This document shows positions 27,232 through 36,260 of a stretch of DNA of 64,000 bases, piece after piece. Origin of the DNA: Candidatus Eiseniibacteriota bacterium (lineage in GTDB: Bacteria > Eisenbacteria > RBG-16-71-46); NCBI GenBank assembly GCA_963744995.1, contig CAVUWA010000009.1:128001-192000 (forward strand), in the 5' to 3' direction. Position numbers and translations under genes: made by a program. The notes below the pieces were generated by a model. That model was not told where the DNA came from, searched no databases, and was given only the letters and a program-made list of their open reading frames with translations. Numbering within the stretch: position 1 is the stretch's first letter; each line of letters begins with the position of its first letter.

Positions 27232-28611
27232 ATGTCGGACTCCCCACGTGCAGGCGCCCGCGGCGGACCGGGCGCCCCGGTGCGGCGGTCACGGGCTGCG
27301 CTCCGCCGCGTGCTCGCGCGCGGCGTGCCGCTGATGGCAGTCGTGCTGGCATGGGCGTCGATGGGTGCGCGCGGCGGGCCTCCGCAGCATCGCGTGGGGC
27401 AGATGTCGTCGTCCGACTACGGCTTCCTGCGCGATGCGCTGCTGCCGGCGGCGGGCGATTCCACCGACCGCGACGCGGTGGATGCGCGGCTGCGGGAGTT
27501 CGAGTCCCGCTACCCCGGCGAGCCGCGGGTCGCCCACGCCCGTCTGCTGTGGCTGCTCCACGAACCACGTCCGTTCCGGGCCGTCGCCCCCTCGGTCGAC
27601 TCGCTGCTCGCGCTCGTGATGCCGCGCATGGGAGGACGCTGGGTGGCGTTGCGCTGCCTGGAGGTGGTGGACGCCCTGAAGCGGCGCGGCGAGAGCCCTG
27701 CGTCGGTCGAGCGCTATGCGGAGCGCGCGGTGGCCTGGGCGGAAACGCACTCCGATCAACTCTACGGGTCTTCCTATCTGCCCGACGCCGAGGCGCGCGC
27801 CTATCGTGCGCTCGGCGAGGCGCGCTGGGCGGTGGGCAAGCGGGAACAGGCGCTCGCCGCGCTGCGCGAGGCGACACTGCGGGTCGAGGACGAGGCGGCC
27901 TCGATCAGGCCGGCGATGTGGGCCGCTTACGCGCGGCGCCTGCACGAGTCGGGGCGCACGGACGAGGCGCTCGGCGCCTGGTTCGAGGCCGCCTGCATGC
28001 CGTCCGCGGGGGCGAACGTCGACGCCGAGACGGCGGCGCTGCGCGCGGCGTGGATCGAACGCTTCGGCAGCGCCGAGGGACTCGGGGCGCGGATCGAAAC
28101 GGCGCGCCGTACGTGGCGGGCCTGGCCGCTCGGGATGGGAAGCTTCCCGGTCAGGGACCGGCGCGCCCCGGACGCGGAACTCGAGCGCCTCGGCGGGGGC
28201 CGCATGCGTCTGGGCGAGATGCGTGGCCGGCCGCTCGTCCTCGTGTTCTGGGGCAGCTGGTCGGCGCCGAACCGGGCGGCGGTGCGACTCGCCGAAGCGT
28301 GGCATCGCATGCCGAACGCGCGTGCCCGTGTGGTGACCATCGACTGGGAGCTGCCGGGCCCGGGTGATCTCGGCCGCACGCTGGCGCGCGCGTGCGCCGC
28401 GCGCGAAAGCCTGACCGTGCCGGTGCTGCTCGATCCCGACGGCGCCGTCTTCCGCTCGTTCGCGCTCCAGGGTTACCCGGCGTTCGTGCTGGTCGATGCC
28501 GCGGGAAACGTGGGCTCGAAGACGATCGGGCTCGTGGAGAACTTCAACGGCTCCCACCGGCTCGTCGACTCGCTGGATGTGAAGGTGCGGGCATTCATGA
28601 CGGCGCCGTGA
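27232..28611 (+). CDS. TPR-like + TlpA/ResA thioredoxin-fold protein lacking the CxxC cysteines (start uncertain)
   Basis: Helical TPR-like region, then APDAELERLGG..LGEMRGRPLVLVFWGSWSAPN..VPVLLDPDG..GYPAFVLVDAAG. Confidence 0.7.
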   Translation: MSDSPRAGARGGPGAPVRRSRAALRRVLARGVPLMAVVLAWASMGARGGPPQHRVGQMSSSDYGFLRDALLPAAGDSTDRDAVDARLREFESRYPGEPRVAHARLLWLLHEPRPFRAVAPSVDSLLALVMPRMGGRWVALRCLEVVDALKRRGESPASVERYAERAVAWAETHSDQLYGSSYLPDAEARAYRALGEARWAVGKREQALAALREATLRVEDEAASIRPAMWAAYARRLHESGRTDEALGAWFEAACMPSAGANVDAETAALRAAWIERFGSAEGLGARIETARRTWRAWPLGMGSFPVRDRRAPDAELERLGGGRMRLGEMRGRPLVLVFWGSWSAPNRAAVRLAEAWHRMPNARARVVTIDWELPGPGDLGRTLARACAARESLTVPVLLDPDGAVFRSFALQGYPAFVLVDAAGNVGSKTIGLVENFNGSHRLVDSLDVKVRAFMTAP

Positions 28612-28736
28612 GCGCCGGATCGTTCGGAGACGGTGCGCCCGCTCCGAGGTTGCGCCTGGGGATTTACCTCGCTGCACGGCTTCGTGCGGGGCGTTGCAGC
28701 GACCGGGAAAGTCACGGTCCTCAGGCAGTCGGGAGT

Positions 28737-28812
28737 TGGCGTCCCCAACGAGATTTGAACTCGTGTCGCCGCCGTGAAAGGGCGGTGTCCTAGACCCCTA
28801 GACGATGGGGAC
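28737..28812 (-). tRNA. tRNA-Glu (anticodon UUC), CCA encoded
   Basis: Reverse complement GTCCCCATCGTCTAGGGGTCTAGGACACCGCCCTTTCACGGCGGCGACACGAGTTCAAATCTCGTTGGGGACGCCA folds as a cloverleaf, 76 nt. Confidence 0.97.
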
Positions 28813-28829
28813 GCGCAAATCGAGGCGGT

Positions 28830-28858
28830 AAGTTAGGCGAGAAGCGCGCCCGTGGCAA
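28830..28858 (-). promoter_or_regulatory. sigma70 promoter of tRNA-Glu
   Basis: Minus strand TTGCCA-N17-TAACTT, 17 nt upstream of the tRNA 5' end. Confidence 0.65.
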
Positions 28859-28934
28859 GCGGTGCGGGAGTGCCCCGCGAAGGGCGAGGATACGCGCCGG
28901 AACGCGGGCCGCGCCCGGCGCCGGTGAGCCCGCC

Positions 28935-31427
28935 TCAGCGGTCGCCGGCGATGGGAAGCACGCGCGCTTCGTCCACGAGGCCCTTCGAGATCAGGTCGCT
29001 GGCGGCGCGTTCGGCGGCGCTGCGCGTCGGGAAACTGCCGAGCGACACGCGATACATCGTGACGCGGTCTTCGTGCACGGGGCTCACCTGCGCGACATAC
29101 TCCGCGGCGGTGTCGAGTCTGGTCTGCTCCCGCTTCGCGCGTGGTTCGTTGAGGTAGGTGCCGACGGCAATGATGTAGTGGACCGAAGGCGCGGGCGGCG
29201 GGATTCCGGCGGGCTCGGCCGGCGCGGGTTCCGACCCGGGCGGCGTCCTCTGCGGGGCCGCATCCCCGGAGTTCGTGGCCGCTCCCGCGCTCCCCGGCCC
29301 GGGCGGTGTGGTCCGCCTTCCTGTCACGCCCGCCTGTGGATCGGCGGCCGTTCCGGACTCCCCTGACGTTGCGGCCGGGGCTTCGTCACCGGGGGAGGCA
29401 GGGGGCACGACATCTTCCGAAACGGGCGGTGCGGGTCGCGAGAAGAACATCTTCTGTGCGATCGCCGCGCCGGCGATCACGACGATCAGCAGGCCGGCCG
29501 CGATCATGAGTCGCGTCGGCAGCGGGCTGCGCTCGCGCGGTGCCCCGGCGTCGCGCGCCATCTTCTCCCGCAGCCTGGGCGGCAACGTGGGGAGCGGCGC
29601 CTGTTCATCGAAGCGTCGCGGCCTGCGCGTGGTCCGTGCATCGGCGGTTGCGGCCGCCGCGGGCGTCACTTCGGCCGCCGGTCCGCGAACCTCCACGCCC
29701 GCGTGGCTCTCGGGTCGTGCAGACTGCGCGCGGCGCAGCGCCTCCGCGAAAGCGGAGCTCGGTGCCGCCGGTTCCACCACGGGTTCGCCCGGCGCTTTGC
29801 TCTCGAGGGCGGCGGGCTCGTTAGCGGGCGATTCGGGCAGCGACGGCCGTTCGCTTTCGAGCGTGGGAGGGCCGCTCTCTTCGATTCGTTCCTCGCCCGC
29901 TGCTTCCTCGACCCCGCGTGGCGTGGACTTCGGAGCCGCCCCACCGGCGACTTCCGTCGCTGTGCCTTCGACCTCGTCGGCGAGGGACTTGAACCACGAT
30001 TTCCAGTCGTCGCCCGATGCGGCCGGCGCAGGCGGCGGCGGCGCGGCCATGGTCTCCTCACCACGCCTGACCTCGAGGCGCGGCGGTCCGCTCTCGGGCT
30101 CGGGCGGCAGGTTGGACTCGACCTCGTCCTCGTCTTCATCGTCCACCAAATCGCTGGAGGGCGCGTCGGCTTCGAGGCGCGGCGGTCCGGTTTCTGGTTC
30201 CGCCGGCAGGTCGGCCTCGTCTTCATCGTCCACCAAATCGCTGGAGGGCGCGTCGGCTTCGAGGCGCGGCGGGCCGCTCTCGGGCTCGGGCGGCAGTTCG
30301 GCCTCGTCTTCGTCTTCGTCGTCCGCGAAATCGCCGGAGGGCGCGTCGGCCTCGAGGCGCGGCGGTCCGGTCTCCGGAATCGGTGCCTCGAACGCCGCCG
30401 GTTCCGCGCGGCGTGCGTGCGGCGCCGCCGGAGCCGACCCAGGTGCTTCGGGCGTGGATGCGGTCGGCCCCGGCTTGTCGCCGGCCGGTGCGGCCGGCGG
30501 CAGCGCGGGGGCGCGCATTTCGCGTTCCGGCGGTGGCGCGGCGCCGGGGACGGTCGGGCCCTGGCGGCGCTCCACCGCGGGTGGAATGTTGCGGGTGCGG
30601 CGCTCCTTGCCGAGCACGCTCTGGAACTCCAGCTCCTGCGCCGCGGCGCGCACGTGATCGGGAGTCACCGCGGGCGCGCCCTCGACGAACGCGCAGATCA
30701 TCGCCTGCGAGCACAGGTGGTTCATCTCGCGCGGAATGCCATGGGTCAGGCGGTACACCTCGGCACACGCGTCGGGCGGAAAGATGCTCAGCGCGTGGCC
30801 GCCGGCGACGGCGATGCGATGGTGGACGTAGCGCTCCGAGTCCTGGGCGCCGAGCGGGCGCAGCCGGTAGTGGATGGCGATACGCTGGCGCAGCTGGCGC
30901 AGGTCCGGAAGGCTGAGGCGGCCCTCGAGCTCGGGCTGGCCGACGAGGAAGATCTGCACGAGTTTCTCGCCGCCGGCTTCGAGGTTCGACAGCAGGCGGA
31001 TCTCCTCGAGCAGCTCGCGTTCGAGGTTCTGTGCTTCGTCGAGCAGCAGGATCGCGCGATGCCCTTCCTGGTGGATCGCGAGCAGGTGCTGCTCGAGCGC
31101 CACCATGATGTGCGGCTTGCTGGCGCCGGCGGGTACCGCGAGGCCGAGTCGCAGCGCGATCTCCTCGAGCAGTTCGGCGCGGGTGAGCGAGGAGTTGGTG
31201 ATGAGCCCGACGATTGCGCGGCCCTCCCACTCGGACAGCGCGTCGAACAGCGCGGTCGTCTTGCCGGTGCCGACTTCCCCGGTGATCAGGACGAACGGTT
31301 CGCGGTTCTCGATCCCGTAGCGCAGGTGCGCGAGCGCTTCCTGATGCTCGGGGCTCGGATAGATGTAGCGCGTCTGGTGGGCCGCGACGAAGGGGTTCTC
31401 GCGCAGTCCGAAGTGACTTTCAAACAT
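28935..31427 (-). CDS. ExeA/GspA-family AAA+ ATPase with acidic repeat linker, TM helix and C-terminal SPOR domain
   Basis: MFESHFGLRENPF, GEVGTGKTT, LLLDEAQNL, LVGQPEL, QLRQRI, GIPR; TM LMIAAGLLIVVIAGAAIA; SPOR YIIAVGTY..YRVSLGSF..AAERA. Confidence 0.9.
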   Translation of the reverse strand: MFESHFGLRENPFVAAHQTRYIYPSPEHQEALAHLRYGIENREPFVLITGEVGTGKTTALFDALSEWEGRAIVGLITNSSLTRAELLEEIALRLGLAVPAGASKPHIMVALEQHLLAIHQEGHRAILLLDEAQNLERELLEEIRLLSNLEAGGEKLVQIFLVGQPELEGRLSLPDLRQLRQRIAIHYRLRPLGAQDSERYVHHRIAVAGGHALSIFPPDACAEVYRLTHGIPREMNHLCSQAMICAFVEGAPAVTPDHVRAAAQELEFQSVLGKERRTRNIPPAVERRQGPTVPGAAPPPEREMRAPALPPAAPAGDKPGPTASTPEAPGSAPAAPHARRAEPAAFEAPIPETGPPRLEADAPSGDFADDEDEDEAELPPEPESGPPRLEADAPSSDLVDDEDEADLPAEPETGPPRLEADAPSSDLVDDEDEDEVESNLPPEPESGPPRLEVRRGEETMAAPPPPAPAASGDDWKSWFKSLADEVEGTATEVAGGAAPKSTPRGVEEAAGEERIEESGPPTLESERPSLPESPANEPAALESKAPGEPVVEPAAPSSAFAEALRRAQSARPESHAGVEVRGPAAEVTPAAAATADARTTRRPRRFDEQAPLPTLPPRLREKMARDAGAPRERSPLPTRLMIAAGLLIVVIAGAAIAQKMFFSRPAPPVSEDVVPPASPGDEAPAATSGESGTAADPQAGVTGRRTTPPGPGSAGAATNSGDAAPQRTPPGSEPAPAEPAGIPPPAPSVHYIIAVGTYLNEPRAKREQTRLDTAAEYVAQVSPVHEDRVTMYRVSLGSFPTRSAAERAASDLISKGLVDEARVLPIAGDR
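30073..30377 (-). repeat. Intragenic tandem repeat, about 3.3 units of 87-99 bp, encoding PE(T/S)GPPRLEADAPSSDLVDDEDE
   Basis: TCGAGGCGCGGCGG recurs at 30073, 30172, 30259 and 30352; all spacings are multiples of 3. Confidence 0.9.
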
Positions 31428-31476
31428 GCATCATCCCATCGGGACGGGGCCTGCCATCGGATAGGGCTCCCTGATG

Positions 31477-31504
31477 TGATCGGCAGGGGGAGGGCCGATC
31501 TTGT
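31477..31504 (-). promoter_or_regulatory. Candidate sigma28-type promoter of the ExeA-SPOR gene
   Basis: Minus strand ACAAG-N15-GCCGATCA, the same spacing as TAAAG-N15-GCCGATAG at 9506. Confidence 0.4.
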
Positions 31505-31510
31505 GCGCGA

Positions 31511-32068
31511 TCAGCCGCGCTCCGCAGGCAGCAGTTCTCCGATCGAGAACAGCGCGGTGAATGGCAGCCCGCGCTGCTGGAAGATCTGCGATGCGCCCTG
31601 GCCGCGGTCCACGACCGCAAGCACGCGCACGACCTCCGCTTTGTACGACTCGGCTGCTTCTGCCGCCACCAGGGCGCTCTCGCCGCTGGTGATCACGTCG
31701 TCGAGAATGACGACGCGCTTGTGACCCGCCAGGTTGCCCTCGACCTGGCTGCGCGTGCCGTGGTCCTTGAGATTGCGGCGCACGAGAAAGCCTTCGAGCG
31801 GCTTGCCGGCGTCGAGGCTGTGCCACATCACGCCGGCGACGAGCGGATCCGCGCCCATCGTCAGCCCGCCGATCGCGGTGACGCGATCCTTCTCGATGAT
31901 CTCGTAAAACATGCGCGCGATCATCCGCAGCCCCTCGGGATGCAGACTCGTCTTGCGCACGTCGATGTAGTAGTTGGAGGTCGCGCCCGAGCTGAGGACG
32001 AATTCGCCGAACCGCATCGAGCGGTCCAGCAGCATCTGCCGCAGCACGTCTCTCTCTTCGGTGCTCAT
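31511..32068 (-). CDS. pyrE: Orotate phosphoribosyltransferase
   Basis: GEFVLSSGATSNYYID, GGLTMGADP, KDHGT, PRPP motif VVILDDVITSGES, VVDR. Confidence 0.95.
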   Translation of the reverse strand: MSTEERDVLRQMLLDRSMRFGEFVLSSGATSNYYIDVRKTSLHPEGLRMIARMFYEIIEKDRVTAIGGLTMGADPLVAGVMWHSLDAGKPLEGFLVRRNLKDHGTRSQVEGNLAGHKRVVILDDVITSGESALVAAEAAESYKAEVVRVLAVVDRGQGASQIFQQRGLPFTALFSIGELLPAERG

Positions 32069-32172
32069 GGGACTCCCATCGGATGAGGCAGGGCCGCGAC
32101 GGGCGCGGCCCCGGAGGTGTCGCGCAACCAGTCTGCCGAGCCCGGCGCCGGCAAGTCAAGAACGCACCGGCC

Positions 32173-32202
32173 TTGACCGTTCCCCACGCGCATCCCTACA
32201 CT
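32173..32202 (+). promoter_or_regulatory. Candidate sigma70 promoter of the S8 protease gene
   Basis: TTGACC-N18-TACACT, about 67 nt before ATG 32269. Confidence 0.5.
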
Positions 32203-32268
32203 TTTCCACGTCTTGCGACCGGGACGCCGCCCCCCGCGGGAGCCGGTCGCTATTTCTTTGGGGCGCGC

Positions 32269-35200
32269 ATGCATCTGCTCGGACGGCTCATTCTGCTGGT
32301 CCTCCTCGTCGCCCCGGCGGCCCCGGCGCGGGCGCTCGATCTGCCGGTGCGGGACCCCGACCGCGACGTGATCGACGGCCCGTCGTACCGCTCGGACGCT
32401 CTGGAGCTGCGCCTGGCGCCGGCGGCCTCGCGCCAGGCGGCGATCGGCGTGGCATCGGCGCGCCTCGCGACGACACCGGCGGGTCCCTCCGCGCGGGTGC
32501 GACTCCCGGAGCTGGGTGTCGCACGGGTGGACGGCGTGGCCCGGGCGCTGGGCGGTGCGACCTTCGAACCCGAGTTCCGCGGCGAGACGCCGCCCGGGGT
32601 CGACTCCGGCGCACCGGACCTCGCCGCGTTCTTCATCGTTCACCTGCCGCGCGGCGCGCGGCTCGAAGAAGCCCTCCTGCGTTTCGCGGCGCTGCCGGAG
32701 GTCGCGGTCGCCGATCCGATCGCGGTGCTGCCCGTCTCCGCCGTTCCGGACGACTCCCTGTGGACCCGGGCATGGTGGCTCTACGACCCGCCGACCCGTG
32801 CGGACATCCACGCCCCCGAAGCCTGGGACGTCTCGATGGGCGACTCGGGCGTGGTGGTGGCGGTGCTCGACACCGGCATTCTGCCCTGGCATCCCGATCT
32901 CGGCGGCACGCTCGCCGGCGGCGCAGGGCATCTGTGGGTGAACGCCGCCGAACGCGACGGCGTCGCGGGGGTGGACGACGACGGCAACGGCTGGGTGGAC
33001 GACGTGGCCGGCTGGGACTTCGTGGATCTCCTCACCGGATACGGCGTGCCCGCCGGCGAGGACTGGCAGGGCCAGGATCCCGATCCCAGCGACTACGCGG
33101 GCCACGGCAGCTTCGTCGCCGGTCTCATCGGCGCGCTGCCCGACAACGGCATCGGCCTGCCGGGCGCGGCGTGGAACGTGCGTCTCATGCCGGTACGCAT
33201 GGCGTGGGCGACGACGTCGAATCCGCTCGGGCTCGTCGACATGAGCTTCGCCGCGCAGGCGATCCACTACGCGTGGAAGAACGGCGCCAGCGTCATCAAT
33301 GCGTCGTGGGCGAGTCTTCTCCAGAACGGCCTCGATGCGGCGGCGCACGCGGCCATGCAGAACGGCGTCACGCTGGTGTGCGCCGCGGGGAACAACGGCC
33401 AGCCGCACGAGCTGGCGGGGTTCGAGGATGCGATCGAGGTCGCCGCGACCGACGCGACGGATGTGCTCGCGCCGTTCTCGAACCGCGGCGCGCGGGTGGA
33501 TCTGAGCGCGCCGGGCGTGAACATGGCGAGCACGTTCGTTACCCATGCCGGCACGGACAGCATCGGCGCACGCACGCCGTCCTACATGGCGGGGCTCGAC
33601 GGCACCTCGTTCGCGGCGCCGCTGGTCGCGGGCGCCGCGGCGCTCGTGCACGCATACCGCCGTGCGCGCGGCATGAAGCCGCTCACCGCGCCCGGAATGC
33701 GCCTGCGCCTGCGTGACACCGCCGACGACATCGCCGGGCTCAATCCCGGCGGCGGCTTCGGCGCGGGGCGCCTGCGCCTCGACCGCGCGCTCACCGACGG
33801 GCCGCGCTCGCAGGCGTTGCGCATGGGGCACGTGATGATCGGTGCACCGGTCGTGCTCGCGACCAGCCAGGGCGGCACGCGCATCGTCTCGGCGCACTTC
33901 GACCAGACCATGGTCATGCTCGACGGCCAGGACGGCGACACCACGTGGGTGGCCCCGACGCCTGGCGTGCCGCTCGGCCAGGTCGCGGCCGCGGACCTGG
34001 GCGGTGGCATCGGCGTCGCTCTGTTCGTCGGCACGGGTCCGGGCCGCATCGCCGGATTCGATGCACATGGCCGGCCGCTCGCCGGCTGGCCGGTGACGGT
34101 GCCGGGCTTCCTGCCTCAACCGCTGCCGGCGCTCGGCGACATCGACGGCGACGGGCGCCCGGACGTGGTCGCGAGCACGGGGGATCGGGTCGTGGCCTAC
34201 CACGCGGACGCGACGCCGGTCACCGGGTTCCCGGTGATGCTCCCGGCAACGACCACGGAGGTGGCGCTCGCCGACCTCGATGGACAGCCGGGGATGGAGA
34301 TCGTCGTCGGCGCCGCCGGTTCGCTCTACGTGCTCGATGGCCAGGGGCAGGTCGTCACGGGCTGGCCGGTGAGCGCCGGACTCACCCGGCCGCCGGTGGT
34401 GGGGCTGCTGGCCCCGTTCGCGACGCCGAGCATCGTCGCGATCGCCGGCGCGCAGATGTCGGCGTACGCCCCGGACGGCGCGCCGCGCTGGGGGCCGCGC
34501 GATCTCGGCGGCGCTGCGCTCGGCGCACCGGCGCTCGGCGATCTGGACGGTGATGGCGCCCTGGACATCGTGGTCCCCACCAGCGCGCCCAACCTTGCCG
34601 CGTTCGACTCGCTCGGCATGCCGCTCGCCGGCTGGCCCGCAGCGCTCGCCTCGCCCCCGAGCGGTCATCCGGTGATCGGCCCGCTCGACGCCTCGGGTCG
34701 TGCCGCCGCGCTGGTCTACCGGAGCGGCGGTCTGGTCGCGTTCGACGACAGCGCGCGCGCGATTTCCGGCTACCCGCGCCCGGGCGGCGTGGGGCCGGCG
34801 CCGACGCTCGCCGAGATCGATGCCGACGGCCGTACCGAGATCCTGGCCGGCACCGATTCCCGGTGGTTCTTCTACATCTATGACGCCGGGCCCGACACGT
34901 GGACCGGGCCCGCCGCCTGGCCGACGGCGCGCGGCAACTTCGCCCGCACCGGCGCAGCCGGCGTCCAGGCGCCGGTGATCGAGGATCTGCGGCCGGCGTC
35001 GGTGAGCGATCTCTCCGTGCTCGCATCCACCGACACCGGCGCGACGCTCGGCTGGACCGCGGTGGGCGAAGACGGCGTCGATGGGCGCCCGGCGAGCTAC
35101 GAGGTGCGCGCGGCGACCCGGCCGATCGACGCCGCGACCTTCGATGCCGCGCCGATCCGGTTCAGCCAGGCGGCGGCCGTCGATGCCGGCGGGCAGGAGT

Positions 35201-35616
35201 CTTCACAGGTGAGCGGGCTCGGCGCGCCCGCAACGTGGTGGTTCGCCGTGCGCGCGGTGGATGCCGCGGGACAGGCGGGCGGGATCTCGAACAACGCCTC
35301 GATCACGCTCACCGGCGGCGGCCCGCTGGCCGGGCGCCCGGGCCCCGCGATCGTGGCGCGTGCGCTGCCGTCACGGCTGCCGGTCGAGCTCTACTGGAAG
35401 GCGGCCGCTGTTCCTGCCCCCGGGCCGCAGAAGATCGAGCTCTTCGACATTTCGGGGCGGCTCGTGCGCACGCTGCCGCTCGATGCCGCCCCGCAGGGGA
35501 TCGCGACGTGGGATGGCCGCACGAATCAAGGCGACCGGCTCCGCGCCGGCATGTATTTCGCGCGCCTGATGAGTGGATCCTTCCACGCACAGGCGCGCGT
35601 CGTGCTGCTTCCCTGA
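32269..35616 (+). CDS. S8 (subtilisin-like) serine protease with FG-GAP/GWP repeats, Fn3 domain and CTD/FlgD-Ig tail
   Basis: Signal peptide MHLLGRLILLVLLVAPAAPARA; triad VLDTG, HGSFVAG, GTSFAAP; oxyanion AAGN; DxDGDG loops; LFDISGRLVRTL..WDG..GMYFARL. Confidence 0.92.
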   Translation: MHLLGRLILLVLLVAPAAPARALDLPVRDPDRDVIDGPSYRSDALELRLAPAASRQAAIGVASARLATTPAGPSARVRLPELGVARVDGVARALGGATFEPEFRGETPPGVDSGAPDLAAFFIVHLPRGARLEEALLRFAALPEVAVADPIAVLPVSAVPDDSLWTRAWWLYDPPTRADIHAPEAWDVSMGDSGVVVAVLDTGILPWHPDLGGTLAGGAGHLWVNAAERDGVAGVDDDGNGWVDDVAGWDFVDLLTGYGVPAGEDWQGQDPDPSDYAGHGSFVAGLIGALPDNGIGLPGAAWNVRLMPVRMAWATTSNPLGLVDMSFAAQAIHYAWKNGASVINASWASLLQNGLDAAAHAAMQNGVTLVCAAGNNGQPHELAGFEDAIEVAATDATDVLAPFSNRGARVDLSAPGVNMASTFVTHAGTDSIGARTPSYMAGLDGTSFAAPLVAGAAALVHAYRRARGMKPLTAPGMRLRLRDTADDIAGLNPGGGFGAGRLRLDRALTDGPRSQALRMGHVMIGAPVVLATSQGGTRIVSAHFDQTMVMLDGQDGDTTWVAPTPGVPLGQVAAADLGGGIGVALFVGTGPGRIAGFDAHGRPLAGWPVTVPGFLPQPLPALGDIDGDGRPDVVASTGDRVVAYHADATPVTGFPVMLPATTTEVALADLDGQPGMEIVVGAAGSLYVLDGQGQVVTGWPVSAGLTRPPVVGLLAPFATPSIVAIAGAQMSAYAPDGAPRWGPRDLGGAALGAPALGDLDGDGALDIVVPTSAPNLAAFDSLGMPLAGWPAALASPPSGHPVIGPLDASGRAAALVYRSGGLVAFDDSARAISGYPRPGGVGPAPTLAEIDADGRTEILAGTDSRWFFYIYDAGPDTWTGPAAWPTARGNFARTGAAGVQAPVIEDLRPASVSDLSVLASTDTGATLGWTAVGEDGVDGRPASYEVRAATRPIDAATFDAAPIRFSQAAAVDAGGQESSQVSGLGAPATWWFAVRAVDAAGQAGGISNNASITLTGGGPLAGRPGPAIVARALPSRLPVELYWKAAAVPAPGPQKIELFDISGRLVRTLPLDAAPQGIATWDGRTNQGDRLRAGMYFARLMSGSFHAQARVVLLP

Positions 35617-35679
35617 AGCACTCAGGAGAGGGTCGTCCCCCGATTCGAGGCTCCGTCGTTCCGCTCGCGCGGATCGTGA

Positions 35680-36060
35680 CTAATGGACGTCGCCTTCGCC
35701 CTGGGTATAGAGCGCGTACGGGCTGACGTTGCCGGCATCGTCGATGGCACGCACCGCGAACGTCGAACTCACCGTCGCCGACGGTACGTCCATGCGCGTC
35801 GCCGCGGTCGAACCGACCAGGCCGTACTGGTTGCCGTCCACCACGTACACTTCGTAGTTCGCGACGTCGGGGGCCGCGCTCGGCTCCCAGATCACCGTGA
35901 TATCCTTCGACAGCCCGCTGGTGAGGACGCTGATGCCCGTGACGGCCGGCGGCGGCGTGGTGTCGCCGACGTTCGTCGGGCTCGTGGCCTGCGTCGAGTT
36001 GCCACAGCCACTCAGGATCGCCAACATGGCGACCGCGGTGATGATGTGCGAGAACTTCAC
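35680..36060 (-). CDS. Small lipoprotein with Fn3-like domain
   Basis: Lipobox LSGC; DTTPP..WEPS..DVANYEVY..VRAIDDAGNVS; AAGGAGG SD. Confidence 0.75.
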   Translation of the reverse strand: MKFSHIITAVAMLAILSGCGNSTQATSPTNVGDTTPPPAVTGISVLTSGLSKDITVIWEPSAAPDVANYEVYVVDGNQYGLVGSTAATRMDVPSATVSSTFAVRAIDDAGNVSPYALYTQGEGDVH

Positions 36061-36149
36061 GACCCTGCCTCCTTGAAAGGATTCCTTTGATTCAGTCCAA
36101 GGCCGAGGTCGCTCGGGACCTTCCGGCCTGCCACGGGGGTGCTGGGGCG

Positions 36150-36165
36150 AGCAATCGGGGTGCCA
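36150..36165 (-). promoter_or_regulatory. sigma54 (-24/-12) promoter candidate
   Basis: Minus strand TGGCACC-CCGA-TTGCT, near consensus, about 90 nt upstream of the small lipoprotein gene. Confidence 0.7.
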
Positions 36166-36260
36166 GAGCGGCCGAAGCGCGGGAAAGCCCGGCGCACAGC
36201 GAGTTGTGCGCGCGGACGCACGCGTGGAGTCCGCCCGATGGGAGCCGCATCGGATGCGGG

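Noticed and set aside
28255..28272. Possible selenocysteine in the TlpA-like active site
   Set aside because: The codons are TCG and AAC, not TGA.
23000..28812. Possible genomic island integrated at the tRNA-Glu 3' end
   Set aside because: No integrase, no duplicated tRNA 3' end that I could find, and no obvious compositional shift.
30073..30377. Direct repeats that might be a CRISPR array
   Set aside because: Units are in-frame coding repeats of 87-99 bp without unique spacers, and no cas genes are present.
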